Below, one piece after another: positions 23,891 to 36,575 of a stretch of 64,000 bases of DNA (position 1 is its first letter; each line of letters opens with the position of its first letter). Made by a program: the position numbers and the translations under genes. The stretch comes from Hypanus sabinus (lineage: Eukaryota), in NCBI RefSeq assembly GCF_030144855.1, contig NC_082720.1:39742001-39806000 (forward strand), given 5' to 3'. A model generated the notes under the pieces. That model saw nothing but the letters and a program-made list of their open reading frames with translations, did not search any database and was not told where the DNA came from.

Positions 23891-25979
23891 TTGACCATCG
23901 CCCAGTGGCTCTGATACTTACCATCATGAAGTGCTATGAGAGGCTAGTCGTGGCAGTAATTCCAGCCTTCCAGACACCCTCCACTGTTCATTGACTTCAG
24001 GAAGGTTGGTGCCCAAGCTGCTGTCTTCATCAGCGGTATGGAGGCTGAGAGGGTTGAGAGCTTCAAGTTTCCAGGAACGAACATCATAAATCATCTGGTC
24101 CTGGTCCAAGCATGTAGATGCCACAGCCAAGAAAGCTCACCAACAAGAATAAGCCCTTCAAGTAGAGAATCCACCATCTGTACTTAAAAGAGATCAAACC
24201 TAAAGAAAACTTATTAGTAAAGAAAATTATTATGTAGACAGCTAGGATGGGGAAAAAATTAAACTGTATGTAATAATTAGTAAGAAAGGAAAGTTAGAGT
24301 ATATTTATTCCACTGACTTCAAGACTGGGGAATCAATAATGGAAAACAAGGAATTGGCAGATGAATTAAAGCGGGAACCTTCACTATAGAGGATATAAGT
24401 AATATCCCAGAATAGCTGTATTATCTGAAATTGGAAAGGAGGAGTGAACTCAGGGAGATGGAGAGGATTCTATCATATGGAAAAATAACACTAGAAATCC
24501 CTTCAGCCAATAAATATGAAAATCATGAACCTACAAACCAGTTGGCTTAACATCTTTCATAGGGACAAACAGCTATTCTCAAAAGACAGTATGGCAGAGC
24601 ACTTACAAAACAATCAAAGTCTGATCTGAGAGTGAGTGTACGGGAGGCATTGTCACCAATCCTTACCAACTGGAGTCTACCAGTGTGGAAATTGAGAATC
24701 CAATTTCATAGGGAGGTACTGAGGCCCAGGAACTCAGAACTTAGTGATGAGTTTTGAGGGGATGATACTTTTGAATCCCGAAATGTAGTCAGTAAGGAAC
24801 ATCAAGATGTATGTATCTTCATTGTCTAATTGTTTCAGAGCTAAGTGAAAAGCCAATGAAATACCCTTTAAAGTTCAAATTTATTATCAAAGTACATACA
24901 GCATATGTCACCATATATTATTCTGCGATTCATTTTCTAGCAGGCATTTACAGGAAATGCTATGAAACACAATAAAATCAATAAATCACTGCACAGAAAT
25001 AAAAATGGACAAACCACAATGTGTAAATGACAACAAATTGTTTAAATACAAAAAAGGAAACAAAATAATAATTATAGTAAATAAGTAATAAATATTCAAT
25101 CTTAAACCTCAATCCTACTTCCATTCTGAACTGTCTGTTTGATGATATCTCCACTGCCACAGTGCAGCCCACATTCCAAAGATGCACTGGTGAGTAGATT
25201 AATTGGTCACATGGATGTAACTGTAGCACTAGCTCATTGAGCTGGAAGAGCCTGTTACTGTGCTGTATCTCTAAAATAAAATTATCTTTTCTCAAGGCAC
25301 TTTACAATCCTTTGAAATGAACTTTGAATATTCCAGCTTCAGTAAACTGCTATCCTTTCCCATTGTCATGCTTCTGTCCCCTTCTCACCGTTTCTTTGAA
25401 ATGTCTGCATTCATGCTTATCCCTGGATACAGATTAACCTCTCTCCAATTATGCTATTGTTTTACACCTCACTTGAACTCCAGCTTTGCTTTGAAAACCA
25501 TAACTCCTGCTTCCCCTAACAGTTCTGAGGAAGTCACAGAACCTAAATGTTAACTGGTTTCTTCTTCCAGAGATGCTGTTTGACTGGGTGAATTCTTTCG
25601 ACATTTCTGCTTTTGCTTCAGATTCCAACATCTGCGGTTATATTTGTTTTCCATTAACTGTTGATACAATTTAATAAATACTTTCTGGAGATCTTTGCAA
25701 TTGCTAAATTCTGTGAGCTATGATCCAGCAGCTGCTGAAGTACTTTGAATTGACTTCAATGCTTTTGCACAAACCAATTGCTGGCAGACACGGGAACATT
25801 TTCCTTATTATGTCTAGGAGAATAAATTGGCAGCACACAGAGCAAGTTGCTCAGTTCAAAAAATTACAGGAGGCATAGGAATCCCAACAGAAACACATAC
25901 TTAGCCATAGTTTTCTTCCACCAAAATATCAGAAATATGAAGCCTCTGTGCTTTTTTAGAACCTTTTTATTGAAAGATA

Positions 25980-27631
25980 CAGTGCCTATAAAAGGTATTC
26001 ACCCCCCCCCCCCGAAAGTTTTCATGTTTCATTATTCTACAACATTTAATCACAGTGGATTTAAAACACAAAATAATTGATTGCATAAGTATTCACCACC
26101 CTCCCTTAATACAACACACCAAATCATCACAGGTGCAGCCAACTGGTTTTAGAAGCCATAATTAGTTAAAAAGAGATCTGATTTTGAAGACCTGTGTGCA
26201 GTCAAGATGTTTCAATTGATTGCAGTAAAAATACATCTGTATCTGGATGGTCTAACTGCTGAGGAGTCAGTATCCTGGTAAAAACTACACCATGAAGACA
26301 AAAGAACACTCCAAGCAACTCTGTGAAAAAGTTATTGCAAAGCACAAGTCAGCAGATGGATACCAGAAAATTTCCAAGTTACTGAATATCCCTCGGAGTA
26401 CAGTTAAGTCAATCATCAAGAAATGGAAAGAATATAGCACAGCTGCACATCTGCCTAGAGCAGGCCATTTTCAAAAACTGAGTGATCATGCAAGAAGGGG
26501 ACTAGTGAGGGACACCACTAAGAGACCTTTGACAACTCTGGTGAAGTTACAAGCTTCAGTGGCTGAGGTGGGAGAGACTGCGCATACAACAACTGTTGCC
26601 CGGGTGCTTCACCAGTTACAGCTTTAAAGGAGAGTGGCAAACAGAAAGCCACTGTTGAAAAAACTCACATGAAATCTCTGCTGGAGTTTGCCAGAAGCAT
26701 GTGGAAGATTTTAAACAAGAGAAAATCTGCAGATGCTGGAAATCTGAGCAACACACACAAAATGCAGGATGCTGAATGGTTTTGGCCTGAAATGTTGACT
26801 CTACTTTTTTCCATAGATGCTTCCTAGACTGCTGAGTTCCTCCAGCATTTTGTGTGTGTTGCTGGGAGATTCTGAAGTCAGTTGGAAGAAGGTTCTATGG
26901 TCTAATGGCACCAAAATTGAGCTTTTGACTAAGTATCATCAAAAACACACTATCCCTACCATGAAGCAGGGTGGTGGCTGCATAATACTGTGGGGATGCT
27001 TCACTGCAGTGGGCCCTGGAAGTCTTGTGAAGGTAGAGGGTAAAATGAATGCCGCAAAATACAGGGAAATCCTGGAGGGAAACCTGATGCAATCTACAAG
27101 AGAACTGCAACTTAGAAGAAGATTTGCTTTTCAACAAGACAATGACCCAAGTCATAAAGCCAAATCTATGCAGGAATGGCTTAACAACAACAAAGTTAAT
27201 GTCCTGAAGTGGCCAAGTCAGAGTCCAGGACCTCAGTACAACTAAGAATTTGTGGCTGGACTTGAAAAGGTCCATTCACTCACAATCCCCATGCAATCTG
27301 ACAGCTGAGCAGTTTTATAAAGGAGAATGAGGAAAACTGCAGATGTGCAAAGCTGATAGAGACCTATCCACACAGACTCAAGGCTGTAATTGCTGTCAAA
27401 GGTGCATCTACTAAATACTGCCTTGAAGGGGGGGGGGAATACTTATGCAATTATTTTGTGTTTTATATCTGTAATTAATATAGATCACTTTGTAGAGATC
27501 TGTTTTTACTTTGACACGAGAGTCTGTTAATCAGTATTAAAAAAAAACAAATTAAATCCACTGTGATTCAATGTTGTAAAACAATAAAACATGAAGACTT
27601 CCAAAGGGGTGAAGACTTTTTATAGGCACTG
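25980..27631 (+). mobile_element. Tc1-like (IR/DR type) DNA transposon with inactivated transposase
   Basis: TA|CAGTGCCTATAAAAGGTATTCACCCC ... GGGGTGAAGACTTTTTATAGGCACTG|TA; inner direct repeats; paired-like HTH at 26292, WSNGTKIE and QQDNDP motifs; stops, frameshifts and a Penelope-end insertion at about 26712-26863. Confidence 0.93.
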
Positions 27632-27994
27632 TACTAGCTGTTTCAACCACAAATCTAATCTCAGAACAATATGAGGACTACAGTTGTGTCTCTTTGATTG
27701 AGTTATATAAGTTTATAGTATTTAGTAGTTTTACAGGAAGGTCTCCACTACCGGTGCGTGGGGGAAGGAGGCCCAACGTAGAGTAGGACACTATATTCCA
27801 TCCAGGAACTTGGCAATCCTCATTATTTCTCATTACCAGCTGAGTAATTACCAGAAGAATCACTGATCCTAAACTTCAACTGTTTTTTTCTTTTCACAGA
27901 TGCTACTTAACTGGATGAGTTCTTCCAGCATTTCTGTTTTTGCACAAACAGTAAAAGTTAAATCACTTCCAAAGTGACTGACAATCCTTTAAAT

Positions 27995-28850
27995 AACAGC
28001 GAGTCCGTGCGGGCGCGCCTGCGAGTGCTTAGGTCGAACGGGGGGAGGTGAAGGGAATTTGCCTACCGTTGTTATCCAGACATAAACTGAATGATGCCAT
28101 GATTTAGTAGAAATGGCATTTAGCACACTTGCAGGTGCTTGTATAAGGGAGAAAAGATTCTGGGGTTTTCCATTATTTGCCGCGGGTATCGGCAGGAGCA
28201 CGGTAATACTCCTATCCCTACGGCGGTCGGCATGAACGTACACGCTAATCACACCATTTATGTTAAATCAATGTTCTTAGCATCCGGGGGTGCGATTAAA
28301 CCAAAATTTAGATTTAAAAAAACAATTCATAAATAGTATTGTTGCCCCAGGCTTTTCAAAATCTTTTGTGTAAAAAAGAGCTCCTAATATCTTGCCTAGA
28401 GTTTATCTGACAAAAATGATTTTAAATGACTAAAATAAACTTTCAAAATACTTATAATCATCGAGAAAGTTATTGCAACTGCAAAATTAAAAACAGATTT
28501 AAACAGACAGTCCTTTAGGTGTATACTCCGAACTAACTGTTTACAATGTCATCTTCTGACAAACTTTTTACTTTCGGAGCGAGTAAATCACAAACAAAAG
28601 GAAGAATTTAAAGCTTCTGATGACTTGTCGTCAACAGGGGAAGTTGAGAGTTGCATTGCCCTTCCCAAAAAGCAAATCTGGTTGGAGCAGAATGGTTAAC
28701 AGGTGATCAATTAACTCCTTAAAAGGGGATTGATAAGATATCTTGGAGGCTCCACGATTCAGTATGGCGGCCGCACAGCCGGTAAACCCGTTTGCGGTTT
28801 CTCCATTTGGGGGAGGGTTTGTCGGTCGGGTGGAGGTGGCGGCGGCTGAA
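27995..28850 (+). promoter_or_regulatory. eif4e1b: CpG-enriched promoter region of eif4e1b
   Basis: CpG clusters at about 28000-28300 and 28750-28850 around the first coding exon; ATGGCGGC YY1-like motif overlaps the start codon. Confidence 0.5.
28764..28781 (+). CDS. eif4e1b: eIF4E1B coding exon 1 (MAAAQP)
   Basis: agtATGG Kozak context; 18 coding nt ending CCG|gtaaac, the same layout as vertebrate EIF4E exon 1 (MATVEP); phase 0 fits exon 2. Confidence 0.75.
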
Positions 28851-30372
28851 AATAAGCATTTGACTGCTTGTGGAAAACATTCCGAGGAAGTGGTTATGTA
28901 GCTTCTTTCACTCAAATTATTTAACTATTTCATACGATAACTAAGGAAAAATGCAAAGAACGATTGGATTAATAGTTTTTGATCGGAGAATCTAACACCA
29001 TCAGTTTTCCATTATATTTCTTTGTCTCTTTCATTACAGAAATAGTATTTTTCCACACGGGGTACATGTAGTAAGCTGGAAAAGCTGCCTTTTATTCACT
29101 TTAATTGATATTCTTCCTTCCTGTAGACTGCTGTATACAATTTTTAGTGTTGTAAACATTTAATTCTGGCATAAACTCGTTCTAATCCAATTAATCATGA
29201 TCACAAAGTAAAAAGAGAGAAGGTATGGATATGCAAGGTAACGGCCCATTAGAAAAATGTAGCCACTCTTAATATCAGATCCATGAGGTTTCTCTTGAAG
29301 CTTCTGAATAGGCTAATGCTATAATTATGTTATGAATTCAACCTTTGAATTATTGAATTGAAGAAAAGGTGTTTAAAATGAAGCATGCATTTAAATAATT
29401 TGCATGTTTATAGGAAATATAATCACAGAGAAGTTAGGTAGGTGAAATTAATTCAACTTGATCTTTATATGCATGATGTTAGATTATAATGACCATAATG
29501 TGTTATGCTGTTTGTTTCTGTTTAATGCATTCAGCTTGATTAAGTTGAGGAATATTTTATCACTTGCACTAAAAATATTTTCCAGTTTATGTTGAACTCT
29601 AAATTTTGTTTAAAGGTAATAGGTGTTACTGCCCCTATTGTGCTTGAAAAGGTGATGTGATTTGGAGAAAGTATGTCAATAGTGATGGCAGATTGGCATT
29701 TTTGCATTGTGAGGGGAAGTTAATAGTTTGAGTTGGGATGGTGTTTGGCTTGTAAGGGGAAACTGGTGATTGTGTTCCCAAGTGCAACTGTCTTGTACTC
29801 CTTTGCTGTTTGGAAATGGAGTGTTGGGTAAAGTAACGGGTGACAGTGACATACTGTTCATGATAGAAACTGTTTATGTAATTCGCAAACATAGTTACTG
29901 AGTTTTGTGTTCACTTTAAGGGATGGTGGCTGATGTAATGAAGTTAATGTAAGGTGGTTTGTTGATAATGGGAATAAAGGGCTAAGGCTTGTGTTTTGCA
30001 CATGAAATGACTGTCACATGTTTTATTCATAAAATCCTACATCAGTGATCCTGACGCTCTTGGACGGTTTCAGAGTTCGACAGAAAAAGTTTCTTTGCGA
30101 CCGCTGGAGGTTTGTCAGCAACATACTACCACACGGTTTGCACAGGCACAAGCCCGCCTCACACTGTAAGAAATCACTGGACAATACCAACATTTATTAC
30201 GTTGTAATAAGTAGGTTCACTTATTACAACGTTTGTACTAAGTAGGTTCACTGCAGCCAGAGTGGTAAGTCTACTAGAAAACCCGCCTGCCTGACGACTC
30301 TGAAAACTCCCGTTACAGACTCTTGGACTGAGTCTGAGCACGCAAACATCTCTCATTTCTTTGCTCTCATTT

Positions 30373-30471
30373 GGCTTATTTCAACGGATGCTGTCCGACC
30401 TGCTGAGTTCATCCAGCTTGTTTGTACGTCTTGATTTGACCACAGCATCTGCAGTGTACTTTGTGTTTATC
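30373..30471 (+). mobile_element. Short Penelope-like terminal fragment
   Basis: GATGCTGTCCGACCTGCTGAGTTCATCCAGC shared with 16350-16400; flanked by an 11-bp direct repeat TGCTCTCATTT. Confidence 0.6.
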
Positions 30472-31069
30472 TGCTCTCATTTCCTGACCTAGGTGACGCT
30501 AGCCCTTCATGTAAATTTCCTCTTAACAGCAGACTACCAAATTACATTACTGATCTTAAGATCTCATGTTCCACAGTTAAATGCAGAGTATTCAATGGTT
30601 TTAAAGACCCATGTAAAGAGCCTTTAAAAGTCAACACCAAAGTCAAGGCTGAGAACAAGGCAGGAGAGGTGGGATTCGAACCAGGCTGAAGTACAGTATG
30701 AGGCCTCCTTTGCCTTCCATCTTGTTAGGGAATGTACAGTCACTCGAAAATGAGACTGACGATCTCAGGCCAAGGCTGTTCTTATCAGTGGCAGATGGGG
30801 CAGGTCTCAATTGTTCATTCCACTGAGACTTTGTTAATGGCCAACAGGCTGAAGCAGCTCTCCAACCAGAAATGTTTATGATTTTTAGAATGCATCGATC
30901 CTTGAATTCTGGCAAGGGAACAAAGTGGAGGCACATGCTTTTTTGGTGCGTGGACATTGGAGTTATGTCGACTTCTGTCCCCTTGACTTAGAGCAGCTAA
31001 TGGGTAAGTGTAGAGCATTCTACTTGCATTTCAGATACTGACTGCAGTTTACATACCTCCAGCGGTCGA

Positions 31070-33428
31070 TTATAAGCAAGCACTCCAGGAAGTGCATGAT
31101 GTTGTCTGTAAACAAGAAAAAGCCTAACCTGATGCATTTCAAATTGTAGTCGGTGACTTTAACCAGGCCTGTTTGAAGAAAACTCTCCAACACGTAACTT
31201 GTCGCACCAGAGGTCCCAGCAGACTAGATCACTGCTGAATTATGATAAGGAATATATATTCCCTACCCTCCCACCCCCCACGAGGTTACATCTTGGCAAG
31301 TTCGATCTTTCGGCGGTACTCCATGACCTGCACATAGAGCTTAAACAGCAAGGCTCCAGAAGTCTAAACAACCAAGAGGTGGTTGCGGGAGGCTGAGGAG
31401 CGGTTACAGGATTGCCTTGAGTCAGTGGACTGGGCTGTGTTCAAGAACTTGTCTGAGGATCTGAATGACTACAGCAGTGTAGTTACAGACTTTATTACAA
31501 CAGCTGTGAATGAGTGTGTCCCCATGCAATCGTTCAGGCTTTTCCTCAGTCAGGAGTCCTGGATGAAGAATGAAATCTGGAACCTGGTGAGAGCCAGATC
31601 AGAGGCACTTTAAGTCTAGAAAGAATGCTACAGGAGGTGCAGATATGATTTTTAGAAGGCCATCTCTGAGGTGAAGTGGAGGTTACGGACTAGACAATGA
31701 GGGATGCTTGACAGCTGTGGCAGGGTTTAAGTGCTAAAGCGTCTTAAAGTTAAATCTTGTGACAAGGGGTTCAGCAGAGCTCCGCTTCCAGATGAGCTCG
31801 ATGTCTTCTATGCTTGCTTTGACCAGCAGAACAGGGAGGAACCATCGCACCCCCACACGCGTCTCCCAATGATCATTTGGTCTCAGTGTCTGAAGATGGC
31901 ATGCAGGCTGCCTTCAAGAGAGTGAATCCAAGGAAAGCGTCAGGTCCAGGCTGAGTACTGGAGACCTGTACTGACCAACTGTTTGGTGTATTCAGATACC
32001 TTCAACCTCCTCACTCCAGCAATGTGTGGTTCCCAACTGCTTCAATCATGCTGGTGCCCAAGAAGTGTGTGGTAACCTCTCTAAATGACTGTTGCCCAGT
32101 GGCACTTGCCTCCACTGTGATGAAGTGTTTTGAGAGGCTGGTATTAAAGCACATCAGTGCTTGTCTGAATGGTGACTTGGATCTGTTCCAATTTGCCTAC
32201 CAAAGCAACAGGTCTATAGGAGATCCTATCTTGTTAGCTCTTCTCACAACCCTGGAGTATGTGGTCAGCAAAGATGCATACATCAGGAAGCTCTTTATGA
32301 TTACGGCTCAGCATTTAACACCATCATCCCCTCAAAACTAATTAGTAAACTCCAGGACCTAGGCCTCAATGCTCACTTGTGCAATTGGATCCTGGATTTC
32401 TTCACTTGTCCTCAGTCAGTCTGGATGGCAAAAACATTCCACAATCTCATCAGCACAGGAGTACTGCAGGGGTGTGTGCTTAGCCCTCTTCTCTATCCGC
32501 TTTACCCCTCTAACTGTGTGGCTAAGTACAGCTCCAGCACCATATGCAAGTTGGCTAATGACACAACTGTCGTGGGCTGTATCAAAGGTGGTGATGAATC
32601 AGCATACAGGAGGAAGATTGAAAACTTGGCTGCATGGTGTAATATTAACAATCTGTCACTCAGTTTCAATAAGACCAAGAAGCTGATTGTAGACTTCAGG
32701 AGAGAAAACCAGAAATCTATGAGTTAGTAATCATCAGAGGTGGAGAGGGTCAGTAACTTTAAATTCCTGGGTGTCACTACTTCAGAGAGAACTGTCCTGG
32801 ACCCACCGTATAAATACTATTGCCCAGAAAGCATGACTGTGCCATTATTTCCTCAGCACTGCAGAGATTTGTCATGTCATCAAAATCTTGGTAAGTTTCT
32901 ATAGGTGTGTGTGGAAAGTGTGCTAACTGGCTGCATTACAGCCTGGTATGTGAATAGCAATGCCTTTGATGGAAAATCCTACAGAAGGTGGAGGATTCAG
33001 CTCAGTGCATCACAGGTAAAAGCTTTCCAACTAGTGAGCACATCTACATGAAACATTGCCATAGAAAAGTGGCACCCATCATCAAAATCCTTATCACCTA
33101 GGCCATACTCCTTCCTCACAGCTGCCATCAGATAGAAGGTACAAGAGCCTCAGGACTTGTGCCACCGGGTTCAAGAATGGTTCCCACCCCTGAACCATCA
33201 AGCTTTTGAATAAAAGGGGATAACTACACTTGTTTAAGGACTCATTATTATTTCATTCTTGTTATTTATTGCCAAGTATTTATATCTGCATTTGCAGTTT
33301 GTTTACAGTTCCTGATGTTTAGTTACTCTTGTATAGATTTGTTAAGTATGCCTGCTGAATAACAACTTCAAGGCTGTATGTGGTTACAGATATGTACTGA
33401 TAATCAATTTATTTTGAACTTTGAACTT
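31070..33428 (+). mobile_element. Rex1/Babar-like LINE, degenerate (APE endonuclease end plus RT)
   Basis: [47 protein letters not shown] and [10 protein letters not shown] motifs; (TTTGAAC)n tail. Confidence 0.88.
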
Positions 33429-33429
33429 C

Positions 33430-33945
33430 AGAGCTAATGGACCGCAAGCTATCTCTACTGGGCAATCACTATCCTTATTTTTAAATAAGTCTTTCTGCAA
33501 CAAATGCCTGATCAAGTTCACGAATCCCTGCTAGTACCCCTGTAAAGGACTATAGGAAGCTTGCTAAAATGGCTGATAGTCTACACTTCAGTCAGGCAGA
33601 GGTGCATCACTCCTCCTTTCCTTGTTCTAATGAGCCCTGTCCAGAGCCTCCAGCAGACTCCCACCCATGGCTCGGGACCACCAAACGCTGGGTTCATATT
33701 TCTACTATCACACTTAAGCGCGACTGCCAAGTGCCAACCATCCTGCAGCTTCAACAGTGCCAATTCATCAGGACATCGGAGGTCTGTGAACACTTTGGGT
33801 TGTCAGGGTCGTCTATTGTTCATATGGGCACCTATCAAAAGCGATGCTTCGTGCGTCACACGGGCATACAAGTGAATATGCTGCCAGCATTGCCCATTGA
33901 TACAAGGCAGAGAGCTCCAGACAGCTTCTCAATGCCTGTTCAGGT
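33430..33945 (+). mobile_element. Old gag-protease fragment of a second CsRn1-like Gypsy family
   Basis: ELMDRKLSLLGNH...FLQQMPDQV...RKLAKMADSL matches the 3410-4097 Gag; degenerate FYYH...KCQPSC knuckle; LLFIW...HTGIQVNMLP protease remnant. Confidence 0.7.
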
Positions 33946-33989
33946 GAATTGTGTAGAAGTTTCTATTGTGACCAATGTGTCATGTGACC

Positions 33990-34242
33990 AACTACTTTTA
34001 AGGTGCTTGGAAGTAGATATAAGGGGATGTCAGAGTGGTGGCATGGAATGAACTGCCAGTGACGGTGATAGAGGTGGATATAATGGGGTCTTTTAAGAGA
34101 CTCTTGGATAGGTACATGGAGCTTAGAAAAACAGAGGGCTAGGCAGTGGGGAAATTCTAGGTGGTTTCTAGAATAGGTTACTTGGTTGGCACAACATTGT
34201 GGGCTGAAGGGCCTGTAATGTGTTGTAGATTTCTGTGTTTTA
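33990..34242 (+). mobile_element. CR1 3' end
   Basis: Closely resembles 13010-13265. Confidence 0.8.
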
Positions 34243-35319
34243 TTACGTTACCCTCCACAAGCTTTGGGGGGAAGGGTGGGAGAGAAATGGGAGTGGCACG
34301 CATATTGCTCATAATAGAGACTGTTGTACATAATTCACAAACACCATCATTGAGTTCTGTTCACTTCAAGGGACTGTCTATAATGATGTCAGTATAAGGT
34401 GACTGCTCTTGGTTTGTTGGTAATGGGTTGTGGCATTTGAACATTTAACAATTCTCGCATATTTTATTTACAAAATCCTACAGGAGTAGGTTTGACAAAT
34501 AACCATGTATTTTGTAGATGAGGTATGTTGAAATAGGTTAGCAAGGTCAGCCAATTGAGTCTGCTCTGCCATTTCATCATGGCTAATCCCGGATCCCACT
34601 TCACCCTATACACCTGCCTTCTTGCCATATCCTTCGCTGTCTTGACTGATCAGGAAATAATCAACTTCTGTTTTAAATATATGCACGGACTTTGCCTCCA
34701 ATGCTGTCTGTGGCAGAGCATTCCACAGATTTGCTACTCTCTGGCTTAAAAAAAATTCTCCTTGCCTCTATTCTAAAGGATTGCCCCTCAATTTTGAGGC
34801 TGTGCCCTATGGTTCTGGATGACCTCACCATAGGAAACATCCTCTCCACATTCAGCCTATCTAGTCCTTTCAAAATTTGGTAGGTTTCAATGAGATTCTT
34901 CCACGTTCTTCTAAATTCTAGTGAGTACAGGCCCAAAACTGCCAAATGCTCCTTGTATGTTAACTCCTTCATTCCTGGAATCATTCTTGTTCACTTACTG
35001 GACTCTCTCCGATGTTAACCCAACCTTTGATATATGGGGCCCAAAACTGTTGACAATATTCAAAGTGCAGCCTGACTAGAGTCTTATAAAGGCTCAACAT
35101 TATCTCCTTGCTTTTGTATTCTACTCTCCTTGAAATAAGTACCAACATTGCATTTGCCTCCTTTACCAGACACTCAACCTGTAAATTCACCTTCTGGGAG
35201 CCTTACATGAGGACTCCTAAGCTTCTCTGATCTTTGAACCTTCTCACCATTTAAATAATTCTGACATGTTGTTCCTTTTACCAAAATGCATATTGTACAT
35301 TTCCCAACACTATTCCATC

Positions 35320-35762
35320 ATTGAACATTGACTTCTCTAGCTTCCGTTAATGCCCCTCCTCCCCTTCTTACCCCATCCCTAACGTATTTAGTTGTTTGCC
35401 TGTTCTCTATCTCCCTCTGGTGCTATTCCCCCCCCCCCCCCACCCCACTTCCTTTCTTTCTCCCTAGGCCTCCCGTCCCATGATCCTTTCCCTTCTCCAG
35501 CTCTGTATCACTTTTGCTAATCACCTTTCCAGCTCTTGGCTTCATCCCACCCCCTCCGGTCTTCTCCTATCATTTCGCATTTCCCCCTTCCCCCACTACT
35601 TTCAAATCTCTTACTATCTTTCCTTTCGGTTAGTCCTGACGAAGGGTCTCGGCCTGAAATGTCGACATCGCTTCTCCCTATAGATGCTGCCTAGCCTGCT
35701 GTGTTCTACCAGCATTTTGTGTGTGGTTTGAATTTCCAGCATCTACAGATTTTCTCATGTTT
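35320..35762 (+). mobile_element. Penelope-like element 3' end with terminal repeat
   Basis: Starts with the ORF terminus NIDFSSFR*, then a pyrimidine-rich UTR and hammerhead motif; perfect 11-bp TSD ACTATTCCATC (35309-35319, 35763-35773). Confidence 0.82.
35633..35666 (+). ncRNA. Minimal type I hammerhead ribozyme motif (Penelope-associated)
   Basis: GUC-CUGACGA-AGG(gucucgg)CCU-GAAA-UGUC^GAC: both conserved core boxes, stem I GUC/GAC, stem II AGG/CCU, GUC cleavage triplet. Confidence 0.65.
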
Positions 35763-36575
35763 ACTATTCCATCTGCCATTTTTTGCTCTTTTTTTTGTAT
35801 TTGTCTAAGTCCTGCTGCAATCGCATTGCTTCCTCAACATTACCTACCCCTCCACTTTTCTTTGTATCTTCTGCAAACTTTGCCACAAAACTATCAATTC
35901 AGTTATCCAAATCATTGACAGACAATGTGAAAAGTAGCAGTCCCAATACTGACCCCTGAGGAACACCACTAGTCACTGGCAGCCAACTAGAAAAGGCCCC
36001 CTTTATTCCCACTACCTGCCTCCTACCTGTGAGCCATTACAGTATCTTTTCTCTAATGTTATAGGATTTTTATCTTGTTAAGCAGCCTCATGCATGGTAC
36101 CTTATGAAATGCCTTCTGAAAATCCAAGTAAATGATATCCATTGCCTCTTTGTCCATTCTACTTGTTATTTCCTTGATGAACTCTTAACAGATTTGTCAG
36201 GCAAGATCTCCCTTCACAAAAACTATGCTGACCTTGACTTATTTTGTCATTAGTCTCAAAGTACCCTGTGTCCTTTGCTTTTGGACAGTAGAAGCAGTTT
36301 GGGAAGTTGTGGCAAGTGATTTGCCATGAGATGCCTAGTTTCCATCCTGTTGTAGCTGCTGTATGCAATAGGTTTATTAGTGATCCTGTTAAATTTCTAG
36401 CTAATAGTATCCTCCCCTTGCTCCCACCCCCAAGGATTTTGGTGATGAACGGACTTGTAGATGTTAATGTCACATTGTCATAAAATTGTGGTTCAAAAGT
36501 CACTCGCTATTTTATCAGCTTATCCTGGATCTTTTGCATGCTTTATGGAGCAACTTTCCTTCGATCTTGGATATA

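Larger units (their letters stand above)
34530..36265 (-). mobile_element. CR1 LINE fragment interrupted by a Penelope insertion
   Basis: GRSCLTNL, LYKTLVRLHFEYCQQFWAPY and LIETYQILKGLDR motifs. Confidence 0.88.
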
